From the IMG/VR virus record IMGVR_UViG_3300033121_001607: DNA of 64,000 nucleotides. One strand, written 5' to 3'. A program made the position numbers and the translations under genes. The notes under the pieces were generated by a model. It searched no databases. It was not told where the DNA came from and saw nothing but the letters and a program-made list of their open reading frames with translations. Positions 44,801-53,920 of this stretch are shown here, piece after piece. Position 1 is the first letter of the stretch. Each line of letters starts with the position of its first letter. Source of the DNA: an uncultured virus (IMG/VR IMGVR_UViG_3300033121_001607) (lineage: Duplodnaviria > Heunggongvirae > Uroviricota > Caudoviricetes).

Positions 44801-47091
44801 AGAGAGAAGAAATAGTTAGTTGACAAAGATGCTTCTTTTATTTCATCAACAACCTGAGAAACGCTTTTATTAACAAGATCTGTTGTAAACGCAACAGTAT
44901 TTGTTCCTGCAAGGTATATTGTCAATACATTATTGAGAACTTCAATTTCAAACTCATAACTAAAAATTGAATCGTAAAGAGATATAAAAGAAATAGCTTC
45001 TGTATTAATGGTCGAAAATATCTCAACAGTGTTTGAGGATAAGTCTGATTGTTTAGCAGAAATTGTTGTATCAACAACAAGGCCTTCTTCAATATAACTT
45101 GCTGCATCAAAGGTTGTAGTTTTAACAAGTTCCCACAAGTTAATCGCAGGATCAAAGCCTGCTATGAAAATAGAATCGCTATCATATTTTGGTATAAAAT
45201 AACCGTCGAAAAAACTCGCGCCATAGCCATGTCCTATATAGAGAATACCTTCGTCAGGCGACAAGGCAATAGAATTGATCTTTGTGTCAAAAATATCAAC
45301 GTTCTCTGTGGCTGCAAGAAAAGGCTGTTCCGTTTCTATAATCTTATAAACAATCCCGCTCTCTGTTGGATTGATTGGATTTGCAGCAACAAGCACATTA
45401 CCTTCATGTTCTGTAATATCCGCAAGAGACATCCCAGTAAAATCAACGAATCTCTCAAGCCTTATATCTGAATAAACAGAAGAACCAGGTTCGAATGCCC
45501 CGTCAACATTATATACAACTTTCTTAATAAATCCAACGGCCTCAGAACCACCATTGGAGCCGATCTCAATAAACCTGTCCGAAGCAGATTCCTTGAACTC
45601 GCCGGTTCCGTCTATAATAAGGCTATTCTGTAAATAGATTTTAATATCATTAGCCTTGGCCGTAACAATAAGATTTCTAGGAACAGTCATATCAACATCA
45701 AAAACTTTGACATTAGACTTGCCGAGCATAAGCTGACACTTGGTCTCATAGAATCTTATTTCCGCGAATCTAGAACCGTCCGCAAAAGATATTCTTTGAT
45801 AACCTTCGCCCGAAACGCTCAAAGACGCCTCAAATGTCCAACCTTTAGAATTGCTAACTTCTCTTTCCCATAGATTTCCGGCAACTCTAAAACTAGAAGT
45901 TTCATAGTTTTCAAACAAATCATTCTGATCGCTTGACGAAACAGACACATAATAATCAATTCCTCTTCTAACAATATTATCAGGTATAGTAAACTTGTTA
46001 TCATAAGTTTCTATTATATTCGTATAAACATTGTCAGAAACAGGCGCTGTTCCTATCTTTATTTTAGCATATCTACTAGACCTATCATATGGAGAAATAA
46101 CATCCCATTCAAGAGTTGGGTTTACGCTATTAACATTTAGGTTATTCACAAGACCGTCAACTCTTAGATTGACTACTCTAAATCCTGCGTCTCTAATGAT
46201 AATAGTTTTTGAAGAAACTGTTTCTCCTATAAATATGCCATCGCTAGGAGTTACGGTAAAAAATACTTCATCATTGGGCTTTAGGCCCAGTCTTACAAAC
46301 TTTTCATCATTAGCTTCGCTAACAAGTTCATTGTTGATATACCATCTTATCTGGCTCTTATCTTGAACAAGTAAGGTTTTAGTATTAGAGTCATTTACGA
46401 CATAATTTGCTTCAAGTATATCATTGACATTGGGATTAATTGGAAGAATCTTTAGCGATTCTGTAACAGGGGGCAGCTTCTCGATCCTAACAGCCTTTGC
46501 TGTTATTGTTGGACCCTTTTCCAAATTATCTACAGGCGTAATTTCGCAATACCAAGAATCGCCATATCTAAGATACTCTTTGGATATTTTTTGATAATTG
46601 TCAAACTGATCGTAATGAACACCATTTCTAATCCATCTGGTCTTTACTGTTATAGACTCAGACGATAAGCCCAAACTAAGCTCTAAATCAGTTTGTTCAG
46701 ACGGTGACTCGGGTGTTATATTTGCGTAAGTCAAAAAGGGCAAACGATTAACAATGAAAACGAAACGAACCCACTCGCTTTCTTCGTTTGTTGTATCTTT
46801 TACTCTTATTTGTCCATAATACTTCTGTCCTCGCTGCAAAAACTTAGGCTTAAATCTCCAATACTGAGATTTATCTCTTGCATAAGGTTGGCTTAAGACA
46901 TCTGGAATATAACTACTTGTTCCCCAATTTATATTATGAGTTCCTATGCGTATTTCATAAGAAAGTTGTTTGATAGACGGGGTTGTTGTCTGTATATCCC
47001 AATTGATTGTAATAATATCAAGAGGCACTTCTATCGAAGCGTCCTGTATATTTGTATTATTTATTTTTACCTGTGTTATTGAAATGGACAT
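38812..47091 (-). CDS. Giant 2759-aa multidomain putative virion protein (Ig-like, several beta-propellers, Reg_prop-like repeats)
   Basis: Ig-like repeats (IRWYINN...VTPSDG), propeller blades (HAVWHDD, YVVYE, HVVWED), GLPTNKITTVKID..NVAWIGSEEGL and GLNSNKINDIAI repeats, two C-terminal FxVxFYxDP modules; no signal peptide. Confidence 0.82.
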   Translation of the reverse strand: MSISITQVKINNTNIQDASIEVPLDIITINWDIQTTTPSIKQLSYEIRIGTHNINWGTSSYIPDVLSQPYARDKSQYWRFKPKFLQRGQKYYGQIRVKDTTNEESEWVRFVFIVNRLPFLTYANITPESPSEQTDLELSLGLSSESITVKTRWIRNGVHYDQFDNYQKISKEYLRYGDSWYCEITPVDNLEKGPTITAKAVRIEKLPPVTESLKILPINPNVNDILEANYVVNDSNTKTLLVQDKSQIRWYINNELVSEANDEKFVRLGLKPNDEVFFTVTPSDGIFIGETVSSKTIIIRDAGFRVVNLRVDGLVNNLNVNSVNPTLEWDVISPYDRSSRYAKIKIGTAPVSDNVYTNIIETYDNKFTIPDNIVRRGIDYYVSVSSSDQNDLFENYETSSFRVAGNLWEREVSNSKGWTFEASLSVSGEGYQRISFADGSRFAEIRFYETKCQLMLGKSNVKVFDVDMTVPRNLIVTAKANDIKIYLQNSLIIDGTGEFKESASDRFIEIGSNGGSEAVGFIKKVVYNVDGAFEPGSSVYSDIRLERFVDFTGMSLADITEHEGNVLVAANPINPTESGIVYKIIETEQPFLAATENVDIFDTKINSIALSPDEGILYIGHGYGASFFDGYFIPKYDSDSIFIAGFDPAINLWELVKTTTFDAASYIEEGLVVDTTISAKQSDLSSNTVEIFSTINTEAISFISLYDSIFSYEFEIEVLNNVLTIYLAGTNTVAFTTDLVNKSVSQVVDEIKEASLSTNYFFSLFFDVFANDISIASQSATRLDAISRTALFPSLTLRGNYQVTDTYNPNPYGTYSTGKWFYCHRKKGTPWFERVDNSTGWTIDFSFRIDDFEDSDTPSNTGKPKGTGLYVNDGLCSENIWFLPQEIIFEGAERSFLYDTTELTDYRLIGKKTRIKLYGKKASDQSYKLIAETTIKLSATNQGNAARPSVFFDSTGKTHAVWHDDGKGVNRRQLYYSYYNANTEWSEPELIVSDNFSSSNPDIAVDGYGNIYVVYETTRSDYTDIAVIIKNSNGWSEPYLLTSNLYDSFAPKITIDNKNNAHVVWEDHRASQPQIFYCRRNSSNGQWESDVFGKQDIQVTSEAVGAKRPAIISNNTSLYMSWTAFERNGSSSIKMAVYDDGQKKWNSAAQGGFDFSVSGTGSVRADNSTICIDLKGQVFVVWQDTVDYNIQLFGRQINPRLVFAKSVLQLTTGEYDSTHPKAGLDSATGDIYVVFEKQQEKIVSPYDPYVARASDVSLKSPSIAMLKWDASSQVWYSSNQDKPSPYVTSFDVDFDFGLPKEVFRPNIPSKFSGNLHILFENLQVSNPREILHNNDVFSQVRDLIYDFSFVPDYNASDHETTVFGERRLDGDLNRKELRFGDFSDNLACRFVIGNFRYYLSDAVNPFNISLVSSATTNMPKTEVLAVASNNNGDSWLGTSTGLMYYDRDASKAYLLDSDNYNIKGLSVNSISFDKKANMFLSTSSGIYASTDHSYFFKLSGNLPARPVCVDIDGLNNLYIASDEGLYIVRLNDIYSNFVLTKENATTSRTIVVSDDDIIKVDQNSGLPTNKITTVKIDASNVAWIGSEEGLIRYNGGEISVFTTANGLNSNKINDIAIRNTAIRYIATTAGINKMIGVGISSLNFDNTNAPPASAIQTGVGEVNLPIFVNAKAIRWKNPNILWIASSYNLFQITFTEESFTTERTEITKFRSSDFTLNSVSPKRNDDLQTFRVVGLDDRIISKNTVYEIILNGNKITRGYSFSPNDKLLRFNYPISETDIIKVNVRFDIEKIGTFAQNKAQQIALGNKATRLEKLVSSSGSIFALTGGDINTLQINDSISDLPFDKIILDRTPPRGKITLGTRRERSVFEVNVSPLEDDTEGVFDDVSGIDKMVVSNFTNFTSDGETPLEPIVFTRFLLHNIGEIFDSVSRQFTFKSGKGRRLLSYQPVGGNQAMMAGTAEPANVYRYNGIDQTWDLIDTLDVVGGVANPSASVEFLIEYQGRIYAGTGSPNGSGKLWVMNPSTMKFDLLRTLPSNTHAYCAVIFDEVLYFGGGGGGYGALYSFDGTTTTEVFRNISGAIYSLVESDRELYAATGYEGRIYKLDPKNRTQQIVDVNADRNVLSIGKASVNGQGYIFAGMSANGQIKRSKVPDSPFVHSFKTVPSAVHSIRTISDKLYAAIGNTVYALDNVWNAKYTHNEQVRDVIGGLDSAVWFVSDSYIYKIGRAENVKRVYLKLIDRAGNETNLYTDDTQSTLNENLFDEISISDLASFINRNRVLKIDEFGNSVAIREGNDRFYSADIVEEESGEYFSEIFNGTNNLVAWDKISWDATIPDNTSITIYVKTAATKDELLDKAFEFSIDGKDQSSDISFLTGQFIQFKVVMKSRIRGLSPSLRNVIIKSISSDSTHFFTTNFVLPSRVKSGIVTSTKLLPVSADVVFGINTNNSTDFAEYQIVDENRIFTTDDSQIGSGLRVGVRLITPTKAEASGLVPEEYSPYGLPLLLNAVEWSFKNEDNLERTCNFKVSFYEDPGLTSLVYYADSSDSYVGFSSDGDIFPTGGVVLPSNDTTSMSFTPIGNTPLRCNTYYYVKIEMTNEVETLTVYDNYSFIQSCGTTYVDTISFDFTNITANIETYHFRVRFYNDPERTDLKHTAFSGNDIANWFADESSLAVSGKTLNPGQTTTINYTPLLSNIDAAKIYYLSIDVFNGEVFENNSNSFTFKANDTASQVYCGSYADVPVVKNFSIMFELENNEFVSMRVKI

Positions 47092-47096
47092 CTAGC

Positions 47097-48164
47097 TCAT
47101 ATCCTAACTGATGACTTGTAAAGCTTTAGTGATCCATCCTGAGTATCAACAATGGAATTGGAACCAAAAAAATTCTTCTTCACAAACTTAACTTCGTCTT
47201 TATTGGCAAAATCTCTTCTAACCTGCCACATAGTTCTATCGCCACGAAACAAGGCTCCGTCGTTTCTGCCTGCATAAAAATTCTTTCCATTGCTCAAAAC
47301 AGAGGTCACTCCAAGAGCGGTTGGATCATCGCAAGCAAAACAGTTATTAACAATCTCCTTGTATATAAGAGACTTGTCTATAACATACTCAACTCCAAGA
47401 TTTATGGCATTTGCTATGGTTTTTGCATCAACAATGTACTTCCCTATAAAAACAAGTTCATCAAGAAATCCGGCATTATCCCTCAAAAGAGAACTATATC
47501 CAATGGCTGATTTGTTAATGCTAAAGTAAGTTGAGCTTGTATTTATATTCAACGGAATTGACAAACCATCCTCGGAGAAAAGGTTAGCTTTAACTCCATT
47601 TATGTAAACATCAAGCCTTCTTCCGGGGCCATAATAAGCAATCCAAAAATGGTGGAGTTTACCAGTCTCATATCTTTCTGTTTCAACGGCAACTTGCCTT
47701 TTGTCTCCTCCTGTTAGAAGGATTTTCATAACATTAAAACCGTCTTCTCTACTCTCTTCATATATAACAAAAGTACCATTACTTGATGTTACATAACCAG
47801 TCGAACTTGTATACAAAAACTCAGACTTATCAAACAGCGCCATCCTGTAGTAAACATTGAGATTGGTAAGAGGGCTTACTGTTGGAGAAATCCAAAAAGG
47901 CCTTAGCCAAAAACCCATTGAAAACTCTGTATTATTACTGAGCAATAGCGGAAGAGACATTGACGATTTCGGTCGCATCCTAAGACCATTGCCGTTCTCC
48001 GCTCTCTCTATAAAAGGAAACCTATCGCCAAACAACTGCAAGGTTTGCTCGCTAATCTCGTCAATAATGGGAGCAGATTCAAATTTCATAAAAAACTTAA
48101 CATTATCTCCAATAAGGAGCCTGTTATAGTCTTTTGATAGTATATTGAGATTAACGGTTTCCAT
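47097..48164 (-). CDS. LamG/concanavalin-like domain protein
   Basis: EFSMGFWLRP...LHHFWIAY...LDVYING...GFLDELVF. Start moved to ATG 48164 (SD AAGGTG). Confidence 0.8.
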   Translation of the reverse strand: METVNLNILSKDYNRLLIGDNVKFFMKFESAPIIDEISEQTLQLFGDRFPFIERAENGNGLRMRPKSSMSLPLLLSNNTEFSMGFWLRPFWISPTVSPLTNLNVYYRMALFDKSEFLYTSSTGYVTSSNGTFVIYEESREDGFNVMKILLTGGDKRQVAVETERYETGKLHHFWIAYYGPGRRLDVYINGVKANLFSEDGLSIPLNINTSSTYFSINKSAIGYSSLLRDNAGFLDELVFIGKYIVDAKTIANAINLGVEYVIDKSLIYKEIVNNCFACDDPTALGVTSVLSNGKNFYAGRNDGALFRGDRTMWQVRRDFANKDEVKFVKKNFFGSNSIVDTQDGSLKLYKSSVRI

Positions 48165-48165
48165 A

Positions 48166-49581
48166 TTACACCTTACTGTAAATAACACTTAGAGAAAATC
48201 TATTATTCAAAAACTCGTCATTTGATTCAGAAATAGCCCGTTCAATCCAAACATAAACAACCTCATTTGATTTCAAATCTTTACCGCTTATTCTGTTGTT
48301 TTGTATATTAATTGAAACCGCTGTTGCTTCGCTGTTGGCGTCAAAAAACTCAGAAATACGAGGGCTGCTTGGGGCTCTCATTCCTGATTTTGTTCTATGC
48401 GAAGGAGCCGTATCTATATAAAACTGATCGCCAATCGAAATAGAATTTGGCAATCTTTCGTCAACTTCTATTGTCCCACTGCTTGTTACAAAAGATTTAA
48501 CAAGTCTTTTTTGACCAACATTATTACCTGAAACAAAAACAATAGGAGCCGCTACAAAATGATTATCTTCGTAAACTCCAGCCAAATCAGCAACAGCAAA
48601 TGCTGTTATACCAGTGGACGTAGAAGTTCCGGAATAATAATCGCTACTTGGAGCCTCTATAGCAAGTCTAATAGTAGCTAAGTTATTTCTACTATTTATC
48701 TTAAAGAAAACCTTCATATCTTTAGCAATATCCTGAGTATGTTTGTTTTTAATAGCAATACATCTATACTGCTTTCTCTCAGGACTAAAATTCAAATCAA
48801 AAAAATCATTCTTCAATATCTCTCGAACAATAGAGCCCTTTGAATGGCTTCTCAACGGAGTATTATATGCATTCCTTTCCGCTATATAACCAACATTGCT
48901 AGACCATTTACTAATTCTTATGATTTCTTCATTTATCTGAACATATTCGCTTTTTTGTAAATCAACTATAGAAAAACCATCACTTATGGATTTATCGAGA
49001 TAGAGTATTTTATCATATATTGAAACAGAAGACAACAAAGTTACTCCTCTATAAAGCTCATTTGTGCTAACATAGCCACCCAAAGATTGAGTATAATTAT
49101 TTTGTAAAGATACAGGCTCCGCGCTTGTTAGGTTATATGTTATATCAGTTGATAACGTCGAAAATGTTGAATTAATATTTATTGTTTCTGCGGAAAAATA
49201 AGCCCAAGTTCCAGAAACTAATGTAAAAGCAGTATCTTTAAGAAGCATGGAAGATAAGTAATCAAAAGAATTAACAGATTCTGCAAAAATTTCAACATAA
49301 GTATTTAATGATTTTACCAACTCTGATATTGGCTGCCCGGTCAGCGGGATCTGAATAAGAGTTGACTCGGTTCCTGAAGGATCAATAAAAACTCCTGCCA
49401 AAACCTTAATATCTTCAACAGTTAAAACGCAAAACTTTGCAGAAACAAATGGAGTTACCGAATTTTCGCTTTTTACAAACTGTATTCTCAATGCAGAATC
49501 GTCAACCAACTCATAAAGGGCCTTATCCGTTGAAGTCAAATTATAAGTACCTGAAATCGTTTTTTGAGAAAACAAACTCAT
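48166..49581 (-). CDS. Hypothetical putative virion protein
   Basis: 471 aa with SLGGYVS, QINEEIIRI, YRCIAIKN and YVWIER, beta-rich segments typical of large-phage structural proteins. Confidence 0.7.
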   Translation of the reverse strand: MSLFSQKTISGTYNLTSTDKALYELVDDSALRIQFVKSENSVTPFVSAKFCVLTVEDIKVLAGVFIDPSGTESTLIQIPLTGQPISELVKSLNTYVEIFAESVNSFDYLSSMLLKDTAFTLVSGTWAYFSAETININSTFSTLSTDITYNLTSAEPVSLQNNYTQSLGGYVSTNELYRGVTLLSSVSIYDKILYLDKSISDGFSIVDLQKSEYVQINEEIIRISKWSSNVGYIAERNAYNTPLRSHSKGSIVREILKNDFFDLNFSPERKQYRCIAIKNKHTQDIAKDMKVFFKINSRNNLATIRLAIEAPSSDYYSGTSTSTGITAFAVADLAGVYEDNHFVAAPIVFVSGNNVGQKRLVKSFVTSSGTIEVDERLPNSISIGDQFYIDTAPSHRTKSGMRAPSSPRISEFFDANSEATAVSINIQNNRISGKDLKSNEVVYVWIERAISESNDEFLNNRFSLSVIYSKV

Positions 49582-51140
49582 ACAATAACCTCTAAAAATA
49601 ATTGCCCATCATAGATATATATCTTCTTAGAATTCCTAGGAATAATATAAAGCAATGAATTATCTGAATACAACCTGTACAATTGAGATCCAAAATTCTT
49701 CATATATGTCACATCTGTTCCGTCGTAATAATAAAGACTTCCATTCTTACATCCAAAAAACAACTTATCCCCAAACTGGTGCATCGCCAAAACTTCAGAA
49801 TCAATTTCGCTTAGACTAAAAGCCTCTTCTAACACAAAACCCGTCCATCTATAAATCAAGGCGGTGCTATCGCTTGTTTGAACCGAGACATACAGTATAT
49901 CGCCATAAGTGGTCAAGCAATTAATCTGCTCATTAACGTATGTAACAAATGAACTATTAGGGTCAAACTTGTAAATAGAAGGTTGAGGGCCATTCTTGGC
50001 AAGCCAAACAATATCCGAATTTTGCGAAACAATGTCAGCAATATCGTCATTATCAATTTCGAACAAAACTCTAAAATTTCTTGTTTCAGAACTAGTCCTA
50101 TTAGCGCCAAAATCTTGAAACTTAACTTTTAGTATCTTTACCCCATCATTTTCTGTTAATGTCCAATACTTTACATTGGCGAATGACTCCGGGGGACCAA
50201 CTATATCGTTTTCAGCTTCCTCTATAAACTGCATAGAATGTACGCCTGTAGCTTCGTCATAAGCGTACATTTTAACAGAAACATTCTCATCTCTTGTAAA
50301 CTGTTCAGAATCATTAATTTGTACATAACCACTCGGCGGCTTTGTATCTATCAAGAAAAAACCTTCTTGAATAATAGATACGTCTCTAATGTTTATTTCC
50401 TGAGATTTATTTCCATCGTCATCGGCAAGATAAATAGTCAAAACATAATCATCAGAAGGCGGCAACAAAGAAGTGTTCCAAACTATAGGGCCTGACCCAA
50501 CCGGCATTCTTTGCACAACAGGGGTGTAGGGAATCTGAGCCTTCAACGAACTGAAATAAATATAATACTTAGCTCTTTGAACAAAACTATTCATAATGCC
50601 AGAATCATCAAAGATGAATCTAACCGCTGAACCGTATCTGGCTCCAGGAATAGGAGAAAGAACTGTTGGAGTAACAGGTTGTGATTTTCTTATTGAGAAA
50701 GAAGCGGCGGAAATAGACATGGTACTTCTTTCTCCTCTGCTATTAACACCCCTGATACCAACTCTAACGTTCTGACTCTTAATACTATTTCCAACCTTCC
50801 ATAAAAACTTACCGATTCCAGAAGGAACAGAGGCAATCATTTTCCAATCTGGCTCTGTCATGTAATCATAATTTTCTGTAAAATAAATCTCATACCAAAC
50901 TTCCAAATTATCTGTGGACGGGGGAGAGGGTTCTTTCCACAAAACTTCTATTTCTCTTGTTAGAATATCTTCGCCGCCATTTGGGTAAATGAGCGTTGGT
51001 CTATTAATGGCGTTTTGCGGTCCAGACGTTAGAATGGTTGGAATGGAAGGAGGCGTTGATTGAGCCACTATCTTCCATTCAAAATTCAAATCGAATGTAT
51101 CAGGAACCGACCATGTATATGTTACAGATAAATTTGACAA
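49578..51140 (-). CDS. Ig/FN3-like plus beta-propeller protein
   Basis: TTG start with a GGAG SD; YPNGGE.., DTKPPSGYVQIN...DEATGV...KVKFQDFGAN, then propeller blades (KLFFGCKNGSLYYYDG). Confidence 0.75.
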   Translation of the reverse strand: MSNLSVTYTWSVPDTFDLNFEWKIVAQSTPPSIPTILTSGPQNAINRPTLIYPNGGEDILTREIEVLWKEPSPPSTDNLEVWYEIYFTENYDYMTEPDWKMIASVPSGIGKFLWKVGNSIKSQNVRVGIRGVNSRGERSTMSISAASFSIRKSQPVTPTVLSPIPGARYGSAVRFIFDDSGIMNSFVQRAKYYIYFSSLKAQIPYTPVVQRMPVGSGPIVWNTSLLPPSDDYVLTIYLADDDGNKSQEINIRDVSIIQEGFFLIDTKPPSGYVQINDSEQFTRDENVSVKMYAYDEATGVHSMQFIEEAENDIVGPPESFANVKYWTLTENDGVKILKVKFQDFGANRTSSETRNFRVLFEIDNDDIADIVSQNSDIVWLAKNGPQPSIYKFDPNSSFVTYVNEQINCLTTYGDILYVSVQTSDSTALIYRWTGFVLEEAFSLSEIDSEVLAMHQFGDKLFFGCKNGSLYYYDGTDVTYMKNFGSQLYRLYSDNSLLYIIPRNSKKIYIYDGQLFLEVIV

Positions 51141-51171
51141 TTACGCATCTCCATTTGAAGAGATTGGAACA

Positions 51172-52779
51172 TTAAGGGGTTGTTGGAGGAACATATACAG
51201 AACCTTCTTCATAATCAATAGAAAGAACCCCTTCTTTCAAACCAACTTCTGAAGTTTCAAATCCTACAGAAAAAGTTACAGCATTGCCATTGTTAGGTAT
51301 AAGTATATAAGGAAGAGAAGGCAATCCTAATACTGACATATCAGAAGAAGACGAAGTAATAGAGTTTATAATTAAGCTTTTATATATACCTGAGTTTTTC
51401 AAAACAAAATATCTCAACAATGAACGATCCCTTTCAACGGTTCCAAAATCAGTTTCTTGTCCGTTAACAAGAACCGAGTTTGCAGATCCTGAAGAGAATC
51501 CTTCGCTAAACTCAATTTTAGACTGTTGTAAGACGGCATAAGTAAAAGTAAAATTGTAAACCGAGTTAGTGCTACTATTCGAAACGATTTGAACACTAAC
51601 AGATTTATTGCCCTGAGTATTGGTTGACAAGTTGATATTTATATTACCATAGCTAGAAGGAGATATAGAGCTTCCAGCCCCAATAGAGCCTGAAGATAAT
51701 CCTCCGCTTCCGCTTACAGTAAGTGATGATATAATCAAATTGCTCGTTCCAGTGTTATTTATTTTAATTGTTATAATACTTGTTACGTTTATAGGGAACG
51801 ACGAGATAGATAAAGATGCATTATTGCTTATTGAAGCGTTATTATAAACAGGACTTATTATTGAAACATCATTTGGTAAAGACGAAGTGGCTGTAAAGGA
51901 TAAATAGAACTCAAATTCTTCAATTAAGGCATCGCTTAAAATTGTTATTGAATCCAAATTTAAACCTGGAGTCGCTGTCCCATATGCAAAATTATTTTCA
52001 TAATAGGACTGGCTATCTATTTCGATAGAATTCGAAGGCCACGGATTCGATTCAAATGTTATGAGTCCTTCTTTAGATTGTATTCCATTTGATTCTATTA
52101 TTACTCTCTGTTCCCCGGCATTATATATTGAAAACTTGCTCAAAGCTTGATTTCCAACCTCTGTATTCTGTAAAAAAATAGAATTTCCATATTCCAAAAA
52201 AAGCCCATCATCAGTTCTAATAAGCAAATAACCAACTCCGGTCCCATTCACAATTTCAATTTCAATTTGATAAACTTTTATTCCAATTTCTTCTTCTTCT
52301 TTATTTTCAGCATCAAAAGACATAACAAATTGAAACTTTTCGTTCTTCAATTGTTCTTCTGTAGGAATATTTTCAGTATAAAAAGACACAACTGCAACCT
52401 TGATTACTTCGTTATCTTCTCCTGTTGCAACGCCGTCAACTGTTTGAGAATTAAGTCCAAGATCTTCGCCGTCAACTGCTAAATAGGATTGCAAAGATAT
52501 TGAAGGATTAGTTTCAGGTTTACATGATAAAGAGTATTTGACTTTTACTTTAAAAACCGCAACTACAGGAGATTCTTGTATAAACTCGCTAATCTCTAGA
52601 AAATTGAATCTATAAGCAACACTCTCTGTTGCAAAGCCAGCTTCGGAACTGATTATGCTTCCCCATACAGAATTAGAAGGATTATAACCAAGGCTGTCTA
52701 CTATATTAGACCAAGGTTTATCTCCTCCTGTTTCTAAAATAGTCAAATCATTTGAATACGAATTGTAATTGGTCGTCAT
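51172..52779 (-). CDS. Protein with three ASH/choice-of-anchor-D-like Ig domains
   Basis: Repeats FSIYNAG, IKINNTGTSNLIISS and FVLKNSG..SLIINSI, each followed by a GxK/N-type strand; Ser-rich. Confidence 0.75.
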   Translation of the reverse strand: MTTNYNSYSNDLTILETGGDKPWSNIVDSLGYNPSNSVWGSIISSEAGFATESVAYRFNFLEISEFIQESPVVAVFKVKVKYSLSCKPETNPSISLQSYLAVDGEDLGLNSQTVDGVATGEDNEVIKVAVVSFYTENIPTEEQLKNEKFQFVMSFDAENKEEEEIGIKVYQIEIEIVNGTGVGYLLIRTDDGLFLEYGNSIFLQNTEVGNQALSKFSIYNAGEQRVIIESNGIQSKEGLITFESNPWPSNSIEIDSQSYYENNFAYGTATPGLNLDSITILSDALIEEFEFYLSFTATSSLPNDVSIISPVYNNASISNNASLSISSFPINVTSIITIKINNTGTSNLIISSLTVSGSGGLSSGSIGAGSSISPSSYGNININLSTNTQGNKSVSVQIVSNSSTNSVYNFTFTYAVLQQSKIEFSEGFSSGSANSVLVNGQETDFGTVERDRSLLRYFVLKNSGIYKSLIINSITSSSSDMSVLGLPSLPYILIPNNGNAVTFSVGFETSEVGLKEGVLSIDYEEGSVYVPPTTP

Positions 52780-52790
52780 AAATCAAATCC

Positions 52791-53888
52791 TTACGCAGAA
52801 ACTTCCCACTGTATTCTTAGAGACGCGTTTCTCTTGCCTAAAACCGAAGAATCAAATCTAGTTATAAACTGAACTGAATTACCGTTTTTAGGTTCCAGAA
52901 CAAAAGGAAGAGAAGGTAAACCAACAAAAACAGCATTCCCGTCAACAAGTATGTTTGTTACTCTAATACCATAAGAAATACCACCATTCTCAAGCGTAAT
53001 AGTCTTGTTAATTATACTCTTATAATTAAAAGAACCCAGACTAACCGTATCGCCGTCAAACACTTCATTAGAAGATTGTTTAACTTCTAAACTAAAAGAC
53101 TTGGCGATCTCATATAAAACAGTAAACACAAATGGGTTTTCATCAGGATCATTTGACGTAATAACAACAACAAATGATTTTTGGCCCAAAGAAGCTGTAT
53201 CCAAAGAGACAGTAAGCGTTACATTAGAATTGAAAGACAAACCAATTTCTGAAGATTCTGAAGGATCATCAACAACGGTCTCGTCTCCTTGTATGGAGGT
53301 TACACTGATACCCCCTTGAGGGATAGTCAATGTAGGAATAGCATAATTATATATTTGAAAACTTACAAGGCCTACGCTTTCTTGAGCGAATTTGCCAACA
53401 TTAATAGATGATTGTTGTTGAATAGCATTTGAATCATATAATAAAGATATATCAGGATTTAAAACAGAAGGGGCCGTAATCGAAAAGAAAAATGTATACT
53501 CAAACTCCGAATCAATTGAGTCATTAGATAAAACAGTAACATTTAAACTCTTATTACCAACAGAAGAAGTATCTATATTTATATAAACAAAAACTCCCTC
53601 TTGAGGCAATATGTCATAAGGCAACTCGATAATCTTTTCTTCATCTACATAATAAACATTTCCGTCTTTTTTGAAACCAAATATTTTCTCAAGATTTCCA
53701 GATCCTTCAACTTTTACGCCGTCTGACGGTAAAAAGACAGTATTTCCAGAATCTTTATTAAAGATAAAAAGATAAAAAGAAAAACTTGTATTTTGAACAA
53801 ATGAGCCTAAAGAAAGGCTTCCTTTATCAGAAATATTTTCGCCTTCAATCGAGGGACCAAAAATGTATTTTAATATGCCACTTGCCAT
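52791..53888 (-). CDS. Protein with three ASH/choice-of-anchor-D-like Ig domains
   Basis: Repeats DTSSVGNKS..V.SND, DTASLGQKS..ITSNDPDENPF and DSSVLGKRN; AAGGAG SD. Confidence 0.78.
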   Translation of the reverse strand: MASGILKYIFGPSIEGENISDKGSLSLGSFVQNTSFSFYLFIFNKDSGNTVFLPSDGVKVEGSGNLEKIFGFKKDGNVYYVDEEKIIELPYDILPQEGVFVYINIDTSSVGNKSLNVTVLSNDSIDSEFEYTFFFSITAPSVLNPDISLLYDSNAIQQQSSINVGKFAQESVGLVSFQIYNYAIPTLTIPQGGISVTSIQGDETVVDDPSESSEIGLSFNSNVTLTVSLDTASLGQKSFVVVITSNDPDENPFVFTVLYEIAKSFSLEVKQSSNEVFDGDTVSLGSFNYKSIINKTITLENGGISYGIRVTNILVDGNAVFVGLPSLPFVLEPKNGNSVQFITRFDSSVLGKRNASLRIQWEVSA

Positions 53889-53920
53889 TCAAAACTCCTT
53901 AACTCAATATCGTCTTATTA

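Noticed and set aside
53907..53914. GACGATAT box upstream of the 365-aa gene
   Set aside because: It resembles a sigma28 -10 box but has no -35 element, and the gene has a normal AAGGAG SD.
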